Counted from the stretch's first letter, positions 1-11,573 are shown. The stretch: 64,000 nt of DNA from Mustelus asterias (GCF_964213995.1 NW_027590156.1:1-64000); one strand, 5' to 3'. Notes: generated by a model from the letters alone, not told the origin. Numbers and translations: made by a program.

Positions 1-810
1 GGGACAGGACTGTTGAAATTGGAATGCTTACTTTATCTCGGAACAGGGGCTACTAAGGTGATTCAGTGTGGTGCATTCAGGGCGAGGGACCGATGATGTG
101 AGCAAGTCTAATTGAGTCAAGGGCCGAGGCAATTCAAGGGGCTGTGTGTTATAATCTAGTTCGGGGAGCGACGAGGTGGCAAAATGTGGGTCTATAATTG
201 ACAGAAATATGTGAGGTTGGATAGTAGGTTTCGGTGTCAGGATGGGATTGGTGAGATGGGACAGTGTGGTTCTGTCTAGAAAAATGTGTCGTATTGTGAG
301 ACAGGCTGGTTAAATCGGGGACAGCGACATATCAGGTGAAACATTATGGATCAGATTGGGAAAGGGACTGATGAGACGGGACAATGTTTATAAAACCAGG
401 CCAGCTTCCCATGGGGTATTTCACATTGTGAAATGGAACAGACAGTTGGAGTAATGTGATTGATTCTAGAGCATTAACCAATGAATTGGGACAGTTTGGC
501 ATTGACTGGTGAAGGTTTACAGTGTGGTGTATTTTGGGGCAGGGTAAGTGGAGTTCCGCTGGTGAAACTTGGACTAGTGCAAGGCCTGGTGATGAGTTAC
601 CGTGTGATTCAGTGTGAGACAGGGAAGGACACTGTCAATGAATATCACCGTGTAATCTGCGAAGTGTGACATTATTGTTCAGTCCGGGATAGGGGCTGAT
701 AAATTGGGGCAGTGACGTTCAATCTGGGAATAGGAGAGATTTGCAGTGGGTGGATATTTGCAGGAGGGTAGAGCTTTACAGGGGAGAGTTTTGCAGTCGG
801 TCAGTTTTCA
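1..810. repeat. Degenerate G-rich minisatellite (GGGACAGGGACTGGTGAAAT/CAGTGTG-like units, roughly 30 bp), ending in short TTTGCAG repeats
   Basis: Recurrent motifs gggacag, ctggtga and cagtgtg throughout; the period is estimated by eye. Confidence 0.5.
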
Positions 811-1584
811 TGCCCAAGTGCTTTCTCCTGAGACGGTATATTGAAACCCTGTCTTGACAATAAGAATGTATTGACTGCAAATCATGACATCTGAACTTTT
901 AAAACAGGAGTTTTAACAGGTGGGGAAACTACATGAATCCTGTTGCACTGGGGAACTGAGCTGTTGTGTATGTAAACAGGATGACTGAGTGAAGCATTTT
1001 CCACTTTCAGCTGGTGAGCATTATTTTCACAGAGTTTGTTTTTGTCACTGAATTTCCTGCTGATCTCAATCCCTGTCGTGATGGGTTTCATATACACAAC
1101 ATTCTCCAGGTAAATAAATGAAATACTGCAGATCTTGAATATCTGAAATAACAATAACAGAAAACACTGCAAATGCTCAGAAGATCTGGTAATGCCTGTG
1201 GAGGTCGAGAACAAAAAAAACAATTTCTGATGTTGATCCTCCTCCATTCATGAGTGAAAATATTTTTTTCTTATTTATCCTGTCACCCATCTGACAGGCC
1301 ACAATCAGATCATGTCAGCCCCCATTCCCCAGAGAAAGCACATTCGGGCTATTGAATCGTTCCTTGATGTCATAGCCTGCCACACTATAGTGGACGTGTT
1401 TTGATAATGTTTCTGCTCAGTTTTGAACCCTCTGTTGGTGCCCACGACACGACAGATGTCCTGCGGCGCAAAGCGACCAATTCATTTTAAAGAACGAAAG
1501 GGGAAGGTCTGTGATTGAGTGCAAGGCATGATGAACTCACACAAGGAATGGCAAAGAAAGCAACTTTGAGCTGCCGATGGCAGA

Positions 1585-1655
1585 TCCCGGGTGGTTTAGT
1601 GTTTCAGACTCAATGTTTTCAGGACCATGGCATGGGCTTGATGGTAGGTCACAAA
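1585..1655 (+). pseudogene. Highly degenerate tRNA-Glu pseudogene (inverted paralog at about 4040-4098)
   Basis: TCCCGGGTGGTTTAGTG...TTTCA aligns to vertebrate tRNA-Glu(TTC); the stems are broken. Confidence 0.5.
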
Positions 1656-1769
1656 TAGGGAACTAAACAGAACATTTTTAATGAGAAATCTGTCTGTGTG
1701 TGACGGACCAGAAGAAAGGCAATCGCTAAAGTAATGATGGTAAGTTGATTGGCGAAGTCATTGTCTGCT

Positions 1770-1841
1770 TCCCTGTTGATCCATTGGTTAGGATTCGGAA
1801 CTTTCATCACTGTGGCTTGGGTTCAAGCTCTGGCCAGAGAG
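1770..1841 (+). pseudogene. tRNA-Glu(TTC) pseudogene
   Basis: TCCCTGTTGATCCATTGGTTAGGATTCGGAACTTTCA...GGGTTCAAG matches tRNA-Glu with many substitutions. Confidence 0.7.
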
Positions 1842-2086
1842 TAACTATTTTGCGTTGCTGTGTGAACTGACAAATTTAAAGTGAATTCCTCATTCAGTTA
1901 AACTCGATCTGGCAGCATCCACGGAGTGGGAAACAGAGTGAATCTTCCAGCTGGATGATGCTTCATCAGAGCTGGAAAGGTCTGATATAAAACAGACGGG
2001 AAATAAGTCCTTGTCTGTGTTTCGGAGATATTATGAGAGAGTCGATGGGTTAGAAGTTCTATTCCTAACCCATTATGTGTTCTAGT

Positions 2087-2169
2087 GGTAGCGTGGCTGA
2101 AACGTTGAGTGCACTAGCGTTAAGCTGTAGTTTCTAAAGCAACCGTGTCTTCACATCCCACCACTGCCC
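2087..2169 (+). pseudogene. tRNA-Leu pseudogene
   Basis: GGTAGCGTGGCTGA...ATCCCACCACTGCC termini match tRNA-Leu(AAG/TAG); interior decayed. Confidence 0.6.
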
Positions 2170-2171
2170 CA

Positions 2172-2582
2172 AGTTTCTTCTCCTTTGGCTGTTCAGTGAT
2201 TGGCATTGTGGTAAGAACAAAAACCGATGGTGCGTGCTGATTTCAGGGTGAACTCGTCAGGCCGAATGTTCCACTTTGTTGCTGTAACTATCCTGTGATT
2301 TCGTATGAGTGACACTAACTCATTAACTCGTTGACGTGCTGTCCAAGTGGTTTTGGTAATGGATCTGATATCCATTGTTGTTTTCCGCGGAAGATTTGAA
2401 CAGCACCCACTGGGATGCTCAGCTTCCATTCTCTTCAGTACTCCAGAATTCGTTCAATAAAATCAAAACCTTCCAAATATTCAGGCCCATTTTTCATGCT
2501 TCAAATCCGCATTCCTTCATTTCTGTTCATCAACGAGAATTTACCAAATCTCCAGCCGGAAATGGATGAAAACTGAATCCAA
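2172..2582 (-). pseudogene. Strongly decayed TCR V relic (beta-like motifs) with 23-RSS
   Basis: Minus strand reads ...RPDEFTLKSA..GFCSY, then CACAATG (2210-2204) + 23 bp + GAAGAAACT (2180-2172); leader-like stretch with a gtaaat donor near 2544. Confidence 0.4.
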
Positions 2583-2594
2583 TTTGGTGACAAC

Positions 2595-2889
2595 CTTGAT
2601 TTATGGGTGTTTGCAATTCCTCGGGCCTTTGTCACTGTCGGTGTCAGCGTGTGTCCCTCTTTGTCCATCAATATGATTCAGTTTCCCGAAAGGGTGAACA
2701 CATTGTTACCATCTGCATTCGCTTATTTGATGAATCCTCATGGTAAATGGTACAGAAAATCACAAGATGTTTGAAAGTTGGGAGACAGATTAGCACGTTC
2801 TCTTTTACTTTCGAGTGGATATTGCTTATTGACTCAGGGCCCGTATGTTACACAGTGGAGGATTGTTGAAACTTTCACTGAGCAACATT
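2595..2889 (+). pseudogene. Strongly decayed V relic with IgNAR/NAR-TCR-like motifs and RSS heptamer
   Basis: Leader-like DLWVFAIPRAFVTVG|gt (donor 2641); KGEHIVTIC (Cys 2714); WYRKS (2748); STFSFTFEWILLIDSGPVC; perfect CACAGTG at 2851-2857 + 23 bp + weak nonamer; frameshifts are needed to join the motifs. Confidence 0.4.
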
Positions 2890-3376
2890 TAAGCAGACAG
2901 CGGATTCACTTGGTGTGATGCTGGGTTCCAGTTCTACATATGCAATCATACATTCAACTTATGTCAGTTGCTGTTCATCCATTTTGTCTCATAGTTTGTA
3001 ATTATTGGATACTAAAACTGCGCAGAATGTTCCATATGTGTTCCCCGCAAAACCTTGTACAACTGCAGCAACAATTCGTTATTCTTGTTCTCCAGTCTAC
3101 TGGCAACAAAGGCAAAAATGTAATTCCCCTTCCTAAATGTTTGCTGCAACTCAACGCTAGCTTTATGCATTCCATCTACAAATACTCCTCGGATTCTTTG
3201 AATATCAGCACCAACGTTCCCACCTTTTCAAAAATGTTCTGCTCTTTCTATTTTTACGAAAAGGTGAATGCCTATTCACTGTCCAAAATTGAACCCGCCC
3301 TTATCTGTGCATTAAAACTTGCCATATGGCCAGTCTCGCTGCCTTGTCCCTACAGATCATATGTGTTTTAAGCTGA

Positions 3377-3443
3377 AGTTCCAGCGAGAACTCACGAGCC
3401 CAGGCTTACAAAACCAACCATCTAATCACTGAGCTATGGAACC
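3377..3443 (-). pseudogene. tRNA-Thr(TGT) pseudogene
   Basis: Reverse complement GGTTCCATAGCTCAGTGATTAGA...TTGTAAGCCTGGG; T-arm partly deleted. Confidence 0.6.
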
Positions 3444-4140
3444 AATTGCCATTAAGAGCGCAGAGTGAGTGCCTCATTATCAGTGAAGTGAGGAACAGGC
3501 TGGATTTTCAGGTGGGTGATGTTTGATAGATGTGGAAATGTGAGATGGGGAGCAGAGTTAAACGATGCAACTTGATAGCGGCAGAGTGTGTCCGTTACTT
3601 TAACTGAAGAATGAATGCCATGGTATCCTTCTTTAGAGCTCAACTCTGAAATTTCCAGCTCTGGGACAAGTTCATCCAGCTAAAAGATTAACCGTGTTAC
3701 ACCCTTCACAGACACTGTGAGGCCTGTTTTCATTTAATGAAGAAATCAACAAAAAGTTATTCACTCCATGGCTGAGAATCAAATCTGCTACATGTCACTG
3801 AAGCCATGCCACTATACCCCCAAGGAAGCTGATGTGAGACATTGGAAATTAGATGATCATTACCACTGTACTTCAAGTTAAATAACATTCATGAAAGCTT
3901 TGTCATTTTACACTGACATTTTAACATCTTATAAACAATTGCATCAAAATGCGTTATTTCCGCTTGTATTCACGTTATTTCACTTCCTGGGACTGAGCAA
4001 TTTCCACCTTCAAAATGTGTTGTTCAGTTAACCGTTTGTCATCAGTCCCGGGCTCTGGCGCTGAAACCATTGACTCTCAAACACTGAACCACCCGGGCTC
4101 CACTATCACCTGCTCAATTTTGCCCTGTCTATCATTCCTT

Positions 4141-4358
4141 GTAAGAAGTTTAACAACACCAGGTTAAAGTCCAATAAATTGAGTTTGTGACTTTATAAGC
4201 TCTGTTTGTGAACAGAATTCCCACTCACCTGAAGAAGGGGCTTGGAGCTCCGAAAGCTTGTGTGGCTTTTGCTTCCAAATAAACCTGTTGGACTTTAACC
4301 TGGTGTTGTTAAACTTCTTACTGTGTTTACCCCAGTCCAACGCCGGCATCTCCACATC
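4141..4358 (+). mobile_element. Short Penelope-like element end with a 34-bp inverted repeat and target-site duplication
   Basis: Perfect inverted repeat 4141-4174 / 4288-4321; direct repeat ATCATTCCTTGT at 4131-4142 and 4356-4367; paralogous empty site at about 12126-12165. Confidence 0.75.
4226..4262 (+). ncRNA. Minimal type I hammerhead ribozyme motif
   Basis: CAC-CTGAAGA-A-GGGGC-TTGGA-GCTCC-GAAA-GC-TT-GTG: conserved CUGANGA and GAAA core, stems I and II, palindromic AAGCTT helix III. Confidence 0.65.
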
Positions 4359-4813
4359 ATTCCTTGTGTCAGTTAATCCATCCTTTCTTATTCTTTATCC
4401 TGGATCCCCCTTGTGTTTTTTTTTACGGCGTGGTTCCTGATGATCATAAAATGCTGGAAATACTCAGCAGATCAGTTAATGTTTGGTGACAAAAGAGAAT
4501 AATTCTGAAATTAACAGCATTCTGAAAAGTCCCTGCCCGGTTTCGACGCTGAATCCTTTCACGTATGAGGAGAATTTGATAACCACCACACGATAGAAAA
4601 ATGACGATATTCGAAATGGAAGCAGATCTGGGTTTCTGGAGGAGCAACTAAACTGGTTCTGCAAGCCCTTGAACTCCTCACATCAATTTACATTTGCATT
4701 GTTTTTGCTGGTTCCTTCTGTCACAATTCATAATTATGCATTCCAATGCATTAAATTTTTGTGATCACATGTTCGGGCAAAGGTATTTCATTACGTTTAA
4801 AGTCAGCAGGATA

Positions 4814-4898
4814 ACTGACAGAGGTGGGATTCGATCCCATTCCTCCACAGATACCTTTTCCCTAAATTCAATAGTTTAAATTTCTCATGATCGCTAAC
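4814..4898 (-). pseudogene. Degenerate tRNA-Leu pseudogene (paralog at about 12755-12840)
   Basis: GGTGGGATTCGATCCCA B-box-like segment and CCTAAAT anticodon region on the reverse strand. Confidence 0.5.
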
Positions 4899-5567
4899 AG
4901 TGCAAAAGGTGGCTGTCATCTCTGGCATTGCCAGTGAACAGAATAAATGGAGCAGCGTTTAGTCAAATGTCCAACTGAACATCCTCCACCACTTAGTAAA
5001 ATGTTGGCAGATCCCCAGACTCAACATAAATTACCCACCCTATCTCGAAAGCCCTTAATTCCCTCAGATTCCAAAATACACTCTATCTCAGCCTTCAATA
5101 TCCTAATCATTGAGGATTCACAGATCGCTGGGCGAGAGAATTTCAAAGATTCACACATCTTTGATCGAATAAGTATCTCCTTGTCTCTATCCTAAATGGC
5201 TGACACGTGAGCAGGCATTTTGTAAAGTCTCATTCAAAATTTGAAGAAGTCCAAATATCACATCATTGTGAGATAACGTAATCCCTTAATATTTAACAAC
5301 AAACGGGAATGAGACAACTTTTCCTCACACTGAGAGTTGACTGATTTTTAATAATAATGTCTTGCACTTTTCGAAAAGGTGAATGCAATAACCGTCACAC
5401 TTCAGAAACAAATTACAGATGAAAACGGCAGAAATTGATGTGTGCCGGTTACTTTCAGCGATAAATATCTGTTCTGTGTTACCTGGTAAATTTCACAGGA
5501 TCAACAGAGGTGAGATTGGTGGGTCCTGAAATTTGGAAGTTACACGTGAACAGTTTGTGGGGCTATT

Positions 5568-7936
5568 GTGGGGCTACTGTCAGGGAAAGGCACAAATGAA
5601 AAGTGGAAGTTTTTCAATGAACAAATACTGGGTGTCCTTGATAGGTATGTCCCTGTCACGCAGGGAGGAAATGGCCGAGTGAGGGAACCATGGTTCACGA
5701 AAGAGGTGGAATTTTTTGTGAAAAGGAAGAGGTTAACCTATGTAGGGATGAGGAAACAAGGTTCAGATGGCTCGATTGAGGGTTACAAGTTAGCAAGGAA
5801 CGAGCTGAAAAAGGGGCTTAGGAGAGCTTGGAGGGGACATGAAAAGTCCTTGGCGGGTCGGATCAAGGAAAACCCCAAGGCTTTTTACTCTTATGTGAGG
5901 AATAAAAGAATGACCAGGATGAGGTTAGGGCCGGTCAAGGACAGTAGTGGGAACTTGTGTATGGAGTCAGTAGAGATAGGCGAGGTGATGAATGAATACT
6001 TTTTTTCAGTGTTCACCAAGGAGAGGGGCCATGTTTTTGAGGAAGAGAAGGTGTTACAGGCTTATAGGCTGGAGGAAATAGATGTTCGGAGGGAGGATGT
6101 CCTGGCAGTTTTGAATAAACTGAAGGTCGATAAGTCCCCTGGGCCTGATAAAATATATCCTCGGATTCTTTGGGAGGCAAGGCATGAGATTGCAGAGCCT
6201 TTGGCTTTAATCTTTGGGTCCTTACTGTCCACGGGGATGGTGCCAGAGGACTGGAGAGTGGCGAATGTTGTTCCTCTGTTTAAGAAAGGGAATAGAAATG
6301 ACCCTGGTAATTATAGACCGGTTAGTCTTACTTCGGTGGTTGGTTAATTGATGGAAAAGGTCCTTAGGGATGGGATTTACGACCATTTAGAACGATGCGG
6401 ATTAATCCGGGATAGTCAGCACGGATTCGTGAAGGGCAAGTCATGCCTCACAAACTTGATTGAATTTTTTGAGGAGATAACTAAGTGTGTTGATGAAGGT
6501 AGGGCAGTTGATGCCACATACATGGATTTTAGTAATGCGTTTGATAAGGTCCCCCATGGTCGGCTTATGATGAAAGTGAGGAGGTGTGGGATAGAGGGAA
6601 AGTTGGCCGATTGGATAGGTAACTGGCTGTCTGATCGAAGACAGAGGGTGGTGGTGGATGGAAAATTATCGGATTGGAGGCAGGTTGCGAGCGGAGTGCC
6701 ACAGGGATCAGTGCTTGGTCGTCTGCTCTTTGTAATTTTTAATAATGACTTAGAGGAGGGGGCTGAAGGGTGGATCAGTAAATTTACTGATGACACCAAG
6801 ATTGGTGGAGTAGTGGATGAGGTGGAGGGCTGTTGTAGGCTGCAAAGAGACATAGATAGGATGCAAAGCTGGGCTGCAAAATGGCAAATGGAGTTTCACC
6901 CTGATAAATGTGAGGTGATTCATTTTGGTAGGACTAATTTAAATGTGGATTACAGGGTCAAAGGTAGGGTTCTGAAGACTGTGGAGGAACAGAGAGATCT
7001 TGGGGTCCATATCCACAGATCTCCAAAGGTTGCCAGTCAAGTCATAGAATCATAGAATCATAGAAACCCTACAGTGCAGAAGGAGGCCATTCGGCCCATC
7101 GAGTCTGCACCGACCACAATCCCACCCAGGCCCTACCCCCACATATTTACCCGCTAATCCCTCTAACATACGCATCTCAGGACTCTAAGGGGCAATTGTT
7201 TTTTTTACCTGGCCAATCAACCAAACCCGCACATCTTTGGACTGTGGGAGGAAACCGGAGCACCCGGAGGAAACCCACGCAAACACGAGGAGAATGGATA
7301 GAGCTGTGAAGAAGGCCTATAGTGTGTTCGCTTTTATTAACAGGGGGTTGGAGTTTAAGAGCCGTGGGGTTATGCTGCAACGAAACAGGACCTTGGTGAG
7401 ACCACATTTGGAATATTGTGTGCAGTTCTGGTCACCTCACTATAAGAAGGATGTGGAAGCGCTGGAAAGAGTGCAGAGGAGATTTACCAGGATGCTGCCT
7501 GGTTTGGAGGGTAGGTCTTATGAGGAAAGGTTGAGGGAGCTAGGGCTGTTCTCTCTGGAGCGGAGGAGGCTGAGGGGTGACTTAATAGAGGTTTATAAAA
7601 TGATGAAGGGGATAGATCGAGTGAACGTTCAAAGATTATTTCCTCGGGTGGATGGAGCTATTACAAGGGGGCATAACTATAGGGTTCGTGGTGGGAGATA
7701 TAGGAAGGATATCAGAGGTAGGTTCTTTGCGCAGAGAGTGGATGGGGTGTGGAATGGACTGCCTGCAGTGATAGTGGAGTCCGACACTTTAGGAACATTT
7801 AAGCGGTTATTGGATACGCACATGGAGCACACTAGGATGATAGGGAGTGGGATAGCTTGATCTTGGTTTCAGATAAAGCTCGGCACAACAGCGTGGGCCG
7901 AAGGGCCTGTTCTGTGCTGTACTGCTCTATGTTCTA
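5568..7936 (+). mobile_element. 5'-truncated CR1-clade LINE (ORF2 reverse transcriptase), inactive
   Basis: ORFs 5568-6347, 6348-7055 and 7237-7860 carry KSPGPD, NYRPVSLTS, QHGF, DFSNAFDKV, GVPQGSVLG, FTDD and LVRPHLEYC; in-frame TAA at 6345; (TTCTAT/CTCTAT) tail. Confidence 0.95.
7043..7296 (-). mobile_element. HE1-like V-SINE (5'-truncated) inserted in the CR1
   Basis: (CATAGAAT)n tail and GGAAACCGGAGCACCCGGAGGAAACCCACGC V-core; it splits the CR1 codons SQV|DRA. Confidence 0.9.
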
Positions 7937-8401
7937 TTTCACCTCACTATCGATTTCATGTTACAGAAAACAGCAATAGCTATTATTATTGGTTGAAAAA
8001 TCATTTGTGTTCTAATTCAGCATGTCAAGTCACATCTGATGAGAACATAAGTAAATGAAATTAAAAGGGAATGGTTTCACGGTTACGCCAGGATAATTAT
8101 GTACCTATCTGGTTAGATTGAGGATTGACGGGAAGCGGACAGGAAAGGATTTGAACTTCAGTTGGAAATTCCCAAAGCATCAGTGGGCCGGTTTTCAATC
8201 TTTTGTTTATACTGGCAGTCATTCAGCCTATGTTCCTTTGTGTGCTCTTTAAAGGAAAAATCCATTCCTTCCGCACACGTTCCTTTCACCTAACGGCTGG
8301 GACTGTCTCGTTGTTCCTGCCAGAAACGACACCGCTCACACTCTTTCATTCAAGATGAGCTGTCAGACTTTAGATGGAAGGACCAAAACCCAAGTTAATT
8401 C

Positions 8402-8470
8402 TGGCAGTGGTGGGATTTAAACCCATGTCTCCGCTGAGATTGGAACCTTAGACCGCTCGGCCTCGCGTCC
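8402..8470 (-). pseudogene. tRNA-Leu pseudogene with deleted anticodon arm
   Basis: TGGCAGTGGTGGGATTTAAACCCA...CCTTAGACCGCTCGGCC is the reverse complement of tRNA-Leu. Confidence 0.7.
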
Positions 8471-9397
8471 AGACGTTGTAATCATGTAATTTACTGATAT
8501 AGCTAGTGAAATAATTTAGAAGGAATGGAGATGGGAAGGGCCAGCAGAAATCTCCAACCTAATTTTTCATTGAATCTGGTCATCCTGAAATGTGTAACAA
8601 ACAAAAATCATCTGCAGTCAGAAAAACAATGAGCTGCATTTAAGGGTCGGCACCATTTAAACTGTCCTCAAACTCGTCTGGTTCCCAATCTCCTGCCAGA
8701 AATTACAACAAAACTTTCTGCTGAATTTGCTCAGGGTCTTTATTTCAGAAAGGACAGGGCACAACGCGAGACTGAGATTTCTATGCATTTCCAGGAAATA
8801 ACTTATTTGGTTTCACGGTTTGGACGAGAGCAGCAAATCTTCATTTTCTGATCTGCAATCAAAAGAGCAGTATCCAATTTCTAACCACCAAGTTACAGCG
8901 TGTTTTACAATTTGCTTCATCCACGCTCCTTTTGTTATTGTAATTTTCACTCCGGACGACTTTCACGACAAACAAGATTCTCCTACAAAATGGCACGTTG
9001 TGATTCACTACCAATGATGTGTCCGGCCAATGACAACATGCCGCACATACTCCACGACTGTTATCACTTTCGTTTCCGACGGTTCAAACCGCACTGAAAT
9101 ATTTCGAAATGTTTTTCATTGAAGAGTGAGGGATAAGTTTCATAATTCAGTGCCAGTGTACATGGCAAAATCTGACCCATTGCCATCCAGATTTTTCCTT
9201 ATATCACCAGCTCTATTGGCAGCGTTTTGCAGCCCACTACTGTCCTTCTCTTTCAGTGTTTTTCCATGAACATTTGCGCTTGTGATATTTCCAATGAAGT
9301 AAACTTGAAAATATCACTCGACTGAATTTAATAGGTCCGCTTCCGATCAGAGAGTGAATCGGATTAGTTCTTACAGTTTTGCCAGAGCAGTAATTAT

Positions 9398-9468
9398 TTT
9401 CCTGAGAGAGAATTGAACCGAAACCTCACGAGCAGAGTGCGGAACACAAACCAGTGGACTCCAGGGCA
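9398..9468 (-). pseudogene. Degenerate tRNA-Glu pseudogene
   Basis: TTCCTGAGAGAGAATTGAACC...AACCAGTGGACTCCAGGG resembles the reverse complement of tRNA-Glu. Confidence 0.45.
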
Positions 9469-9679
9469 ACGAGTGAACTTAGTTTCTCAAACCGATTGAC
9501 CTCATATTCCTTTGCTCATTATTTTCATCTCAGATTTGTTTTACCATCGACCAGTTGCTCCTTCAAAATGTCCTGTTTGGATGGTACATAAGTGCCTCCT
9601 TCAGCCAATGACAACACGGATTGAGTTCGCTGCATCATGAAATTGACAGTGAGGTGAAATAGTCCCACAAGATGCTGAA

Positions 9680-9962
9680 GTTTAGAAGGATGAGAGGAGA
9701 TCTGACCGAGGGAATAAAATTCTAAAAGGGATTGATCGATTAAACGTAAACCATCCCGAACAAGAGGTCACAGGTATAGAATGAGAGGCGGTGGATTTAA
9801 AAGTGAGATGAGAAGGAAGTACTTCTCGCAGAGTGTGGTGAATTGGTGGAACTCGCTGCCCCAGAGCACGGTGGAGTCTCAATCGCTGGATGATTTCAAT
9901 AAGGAGATAGATATATTTCCAACTTAAAAAACTAATTAAAGGGATATGGAAAACAAGCGGGG
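9680..9962 (+). mobile_element. CR1 3' fragment
   Basis: TTTAGAAGGATGAGAGGAGATCT...TTCTCGCAGAGTGTGGTGAAT typical of the CR1 ORF2 C-terminus. Confidence 0.8.
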
Positions 9963-10144
9963 ATTTAAAGAGCAGCGAAAGATGAAATTAAAAAAAAACT
10001 TTGCTGATGCAGGCATCTCTCGCCAGAGACTCAGAAAAGTGCAATGTAATAGAAGTTGAACTGGCTGACAAATTCCACCTTTGTAAGGAATTTAAACAAA
10101 AGTTCCTTCGACAAATCAATCCTCAACAATGGCAAATAAGAGAA

Positions 10145-10209
10145 AGGATCCACCTAAATTTAGACGCAGTTTGCTGGGTTCAAAGTGCTCACCATTAGAC
10201 CAGAGAACC
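10145..10209 (-). pseudogene. Degenerate tRNA-Gln pseudogene (duplicate of the 11087 unit)
   Basis: The flank 10010-10140 is homologous to 10940-11085; GTGCTCACCATTAGACC matches the Gln D-arm. Confidence 0.6.
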
Positions 10210-10332
10210 TATAATTTCGCAGCCGGTTGCAAATGGTCACTCAAAGCATTTGACCCACTTACTGTTGCTGCCACATTGAATGAAAAAGGTCACATGCTTT
10301 GAGTGACCATTTGCTTCGGGCGGCTCTGTTCC

Positions 10333-10405
10333 TGTTTTTGTGCTGTGATGGTGAGCACCCTGGACTCCGAATGCAGTAATCGGAGTTCAGAGCTTGGTAA
10401 AAGAT
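10333..10405 (+). pseudogene. Degenerate tRNA-Gln pseudogene
   Basis: GTGATGGTGAGCACCCTGGACTCCGAATGCAGTAATCGGAGTTCA aligns to tRNA-Gln(CTG). Confidence 0.6.
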
Positions 10406-10742
10406 TGTTTTTTTTGCTAAAGCAGTTAATGGGTTTGCTGAAGGGAATTTAATTTTAAGTTCTCAGTAAGTGGAAATTTCAGCAAATTACACCGCAACCA
10501 CGGATGTTGCAGCGAATGATTCTACTGGCGTCATTGCATCAACCCCAGAGAACGATTGCTCAAGAATACAAAGCGCTGAGAGGCAGGGAAGCTACAGTGG
10601 GCATTGTGTCCACCTGGACGTGTAATTCACTCTGTTATCTGTCTCAATCTAAACCAAAGTTAGGCGGTGAGAGGCCAGAGTGCGACACGTTACCCGTGGA
10701 ATCAACAGCACTCTGAAGGAAGACTTTTATCCCAAAACACAT

Positions 10743-10827
10743 ACACACGCCCACACCTACACACACACACACACACACCCACACCCTCTCTCTCTCGCTC
10801 ACACACACACCACACACGCTCACACAC
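10743..10827. repeat. (CA)n / (CT)n microsatellite
   Basis: Directly visible. Confidence 0.9.
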
Positions 10828-11086
10828 TTGCTCAATAATTGCCAGACTCCAGTCGAATTGTTATTGTGTGACACCAACCGCTTATTTTTTTCAACAGAGG
10901 AGTTGAAGGACAGCGAAAAGATGAAAAACACTAACGTTGCAAGGCTCTGGCGCCTGAGGCTCAGCAATGTGCATTGTAATAGCAGTTGAACTGGCTGACA
11001 AATTGTCCTCTCTATTCGTGCTTTGTGAGAAATTGAAACGAAACGCCCTTCAGCAAATCAATCATCTGCCTTTGCAAATTAAAGCA

Positions 11087-11158
11087 AGGCTCCGCCGAGA
11101 CTTGAACTCGGATCGCTGGATTCAATGTCCAGAGTGCTCACCATTACACCACGAAACC
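11087..11158 (-). tRNA. tRNA-Gln-TTG: tRNA-Gln(TTG), nearly intact (U33>A)
   Basis: GGTTTCGTGGTGTAATGGTGAGCACTCTGGACATTGAATCCAGCGATCCGAGTTCAAGTCTCGGCGGAGCCT folds as a cloverleaf; invariant U33 is replaced by A. Confidence 0.75.
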
Positions 11159-11573
11159 CAACTCACGGCAGCCATCTGAAAATCGTCGCTCAATACTTGT
11201 GCCAATTTGAACAGCAGGGAGAAATATCAGTCCCGTTGCACAATCCCGTCAATTACCCACAACAATTCATAATTACATTGCCCTTGCTGGTTGCTCCTGT
11301 AAAAATGAGTACGCTACCTTCAACTGCATTAAATTTTACTGCAGCTGATCACATTCAAAGAGCAATGTTAGCATCGAACAGATATCAACCTTACTGTGGT
11401 AACTTGACTGAACAACATCAGCTTATCAGAGCTCTGCTTTCATCACACTGGAAGCCAATGTGAAAATATGAAGAATTTCAAATCTTAACAGACAGAAAGG
11501 GGTGTGTGACTGTGGACAATTGGCGCTGTGCATATTCCTGTAATCAGTCTCTCGGAAAATCAGTCGGATGGGA

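Larger units (their letters stand above)
5438..8252 (+). pseudogene. Decayed TCR alpha/delta-like V gene whose leader intron is interrupted by a CR1 LINE
   Basis: Leader-like CRLLSAINICSVLP-G|gtaaat (donor 5486); acceptor ttacag at 7966; the roughly 285-nt exon contains RLRQDNYVPIWL (WYRQ-like) and SHSA...LCAL; removing the LINE leaves an intron of about 110 bp. Confidence 0.4.

Noticed and set aside
3760-3826. Possible tRNA-Asp/Glu relic on the minus strand
   Set aside because: Too degenerate to assign
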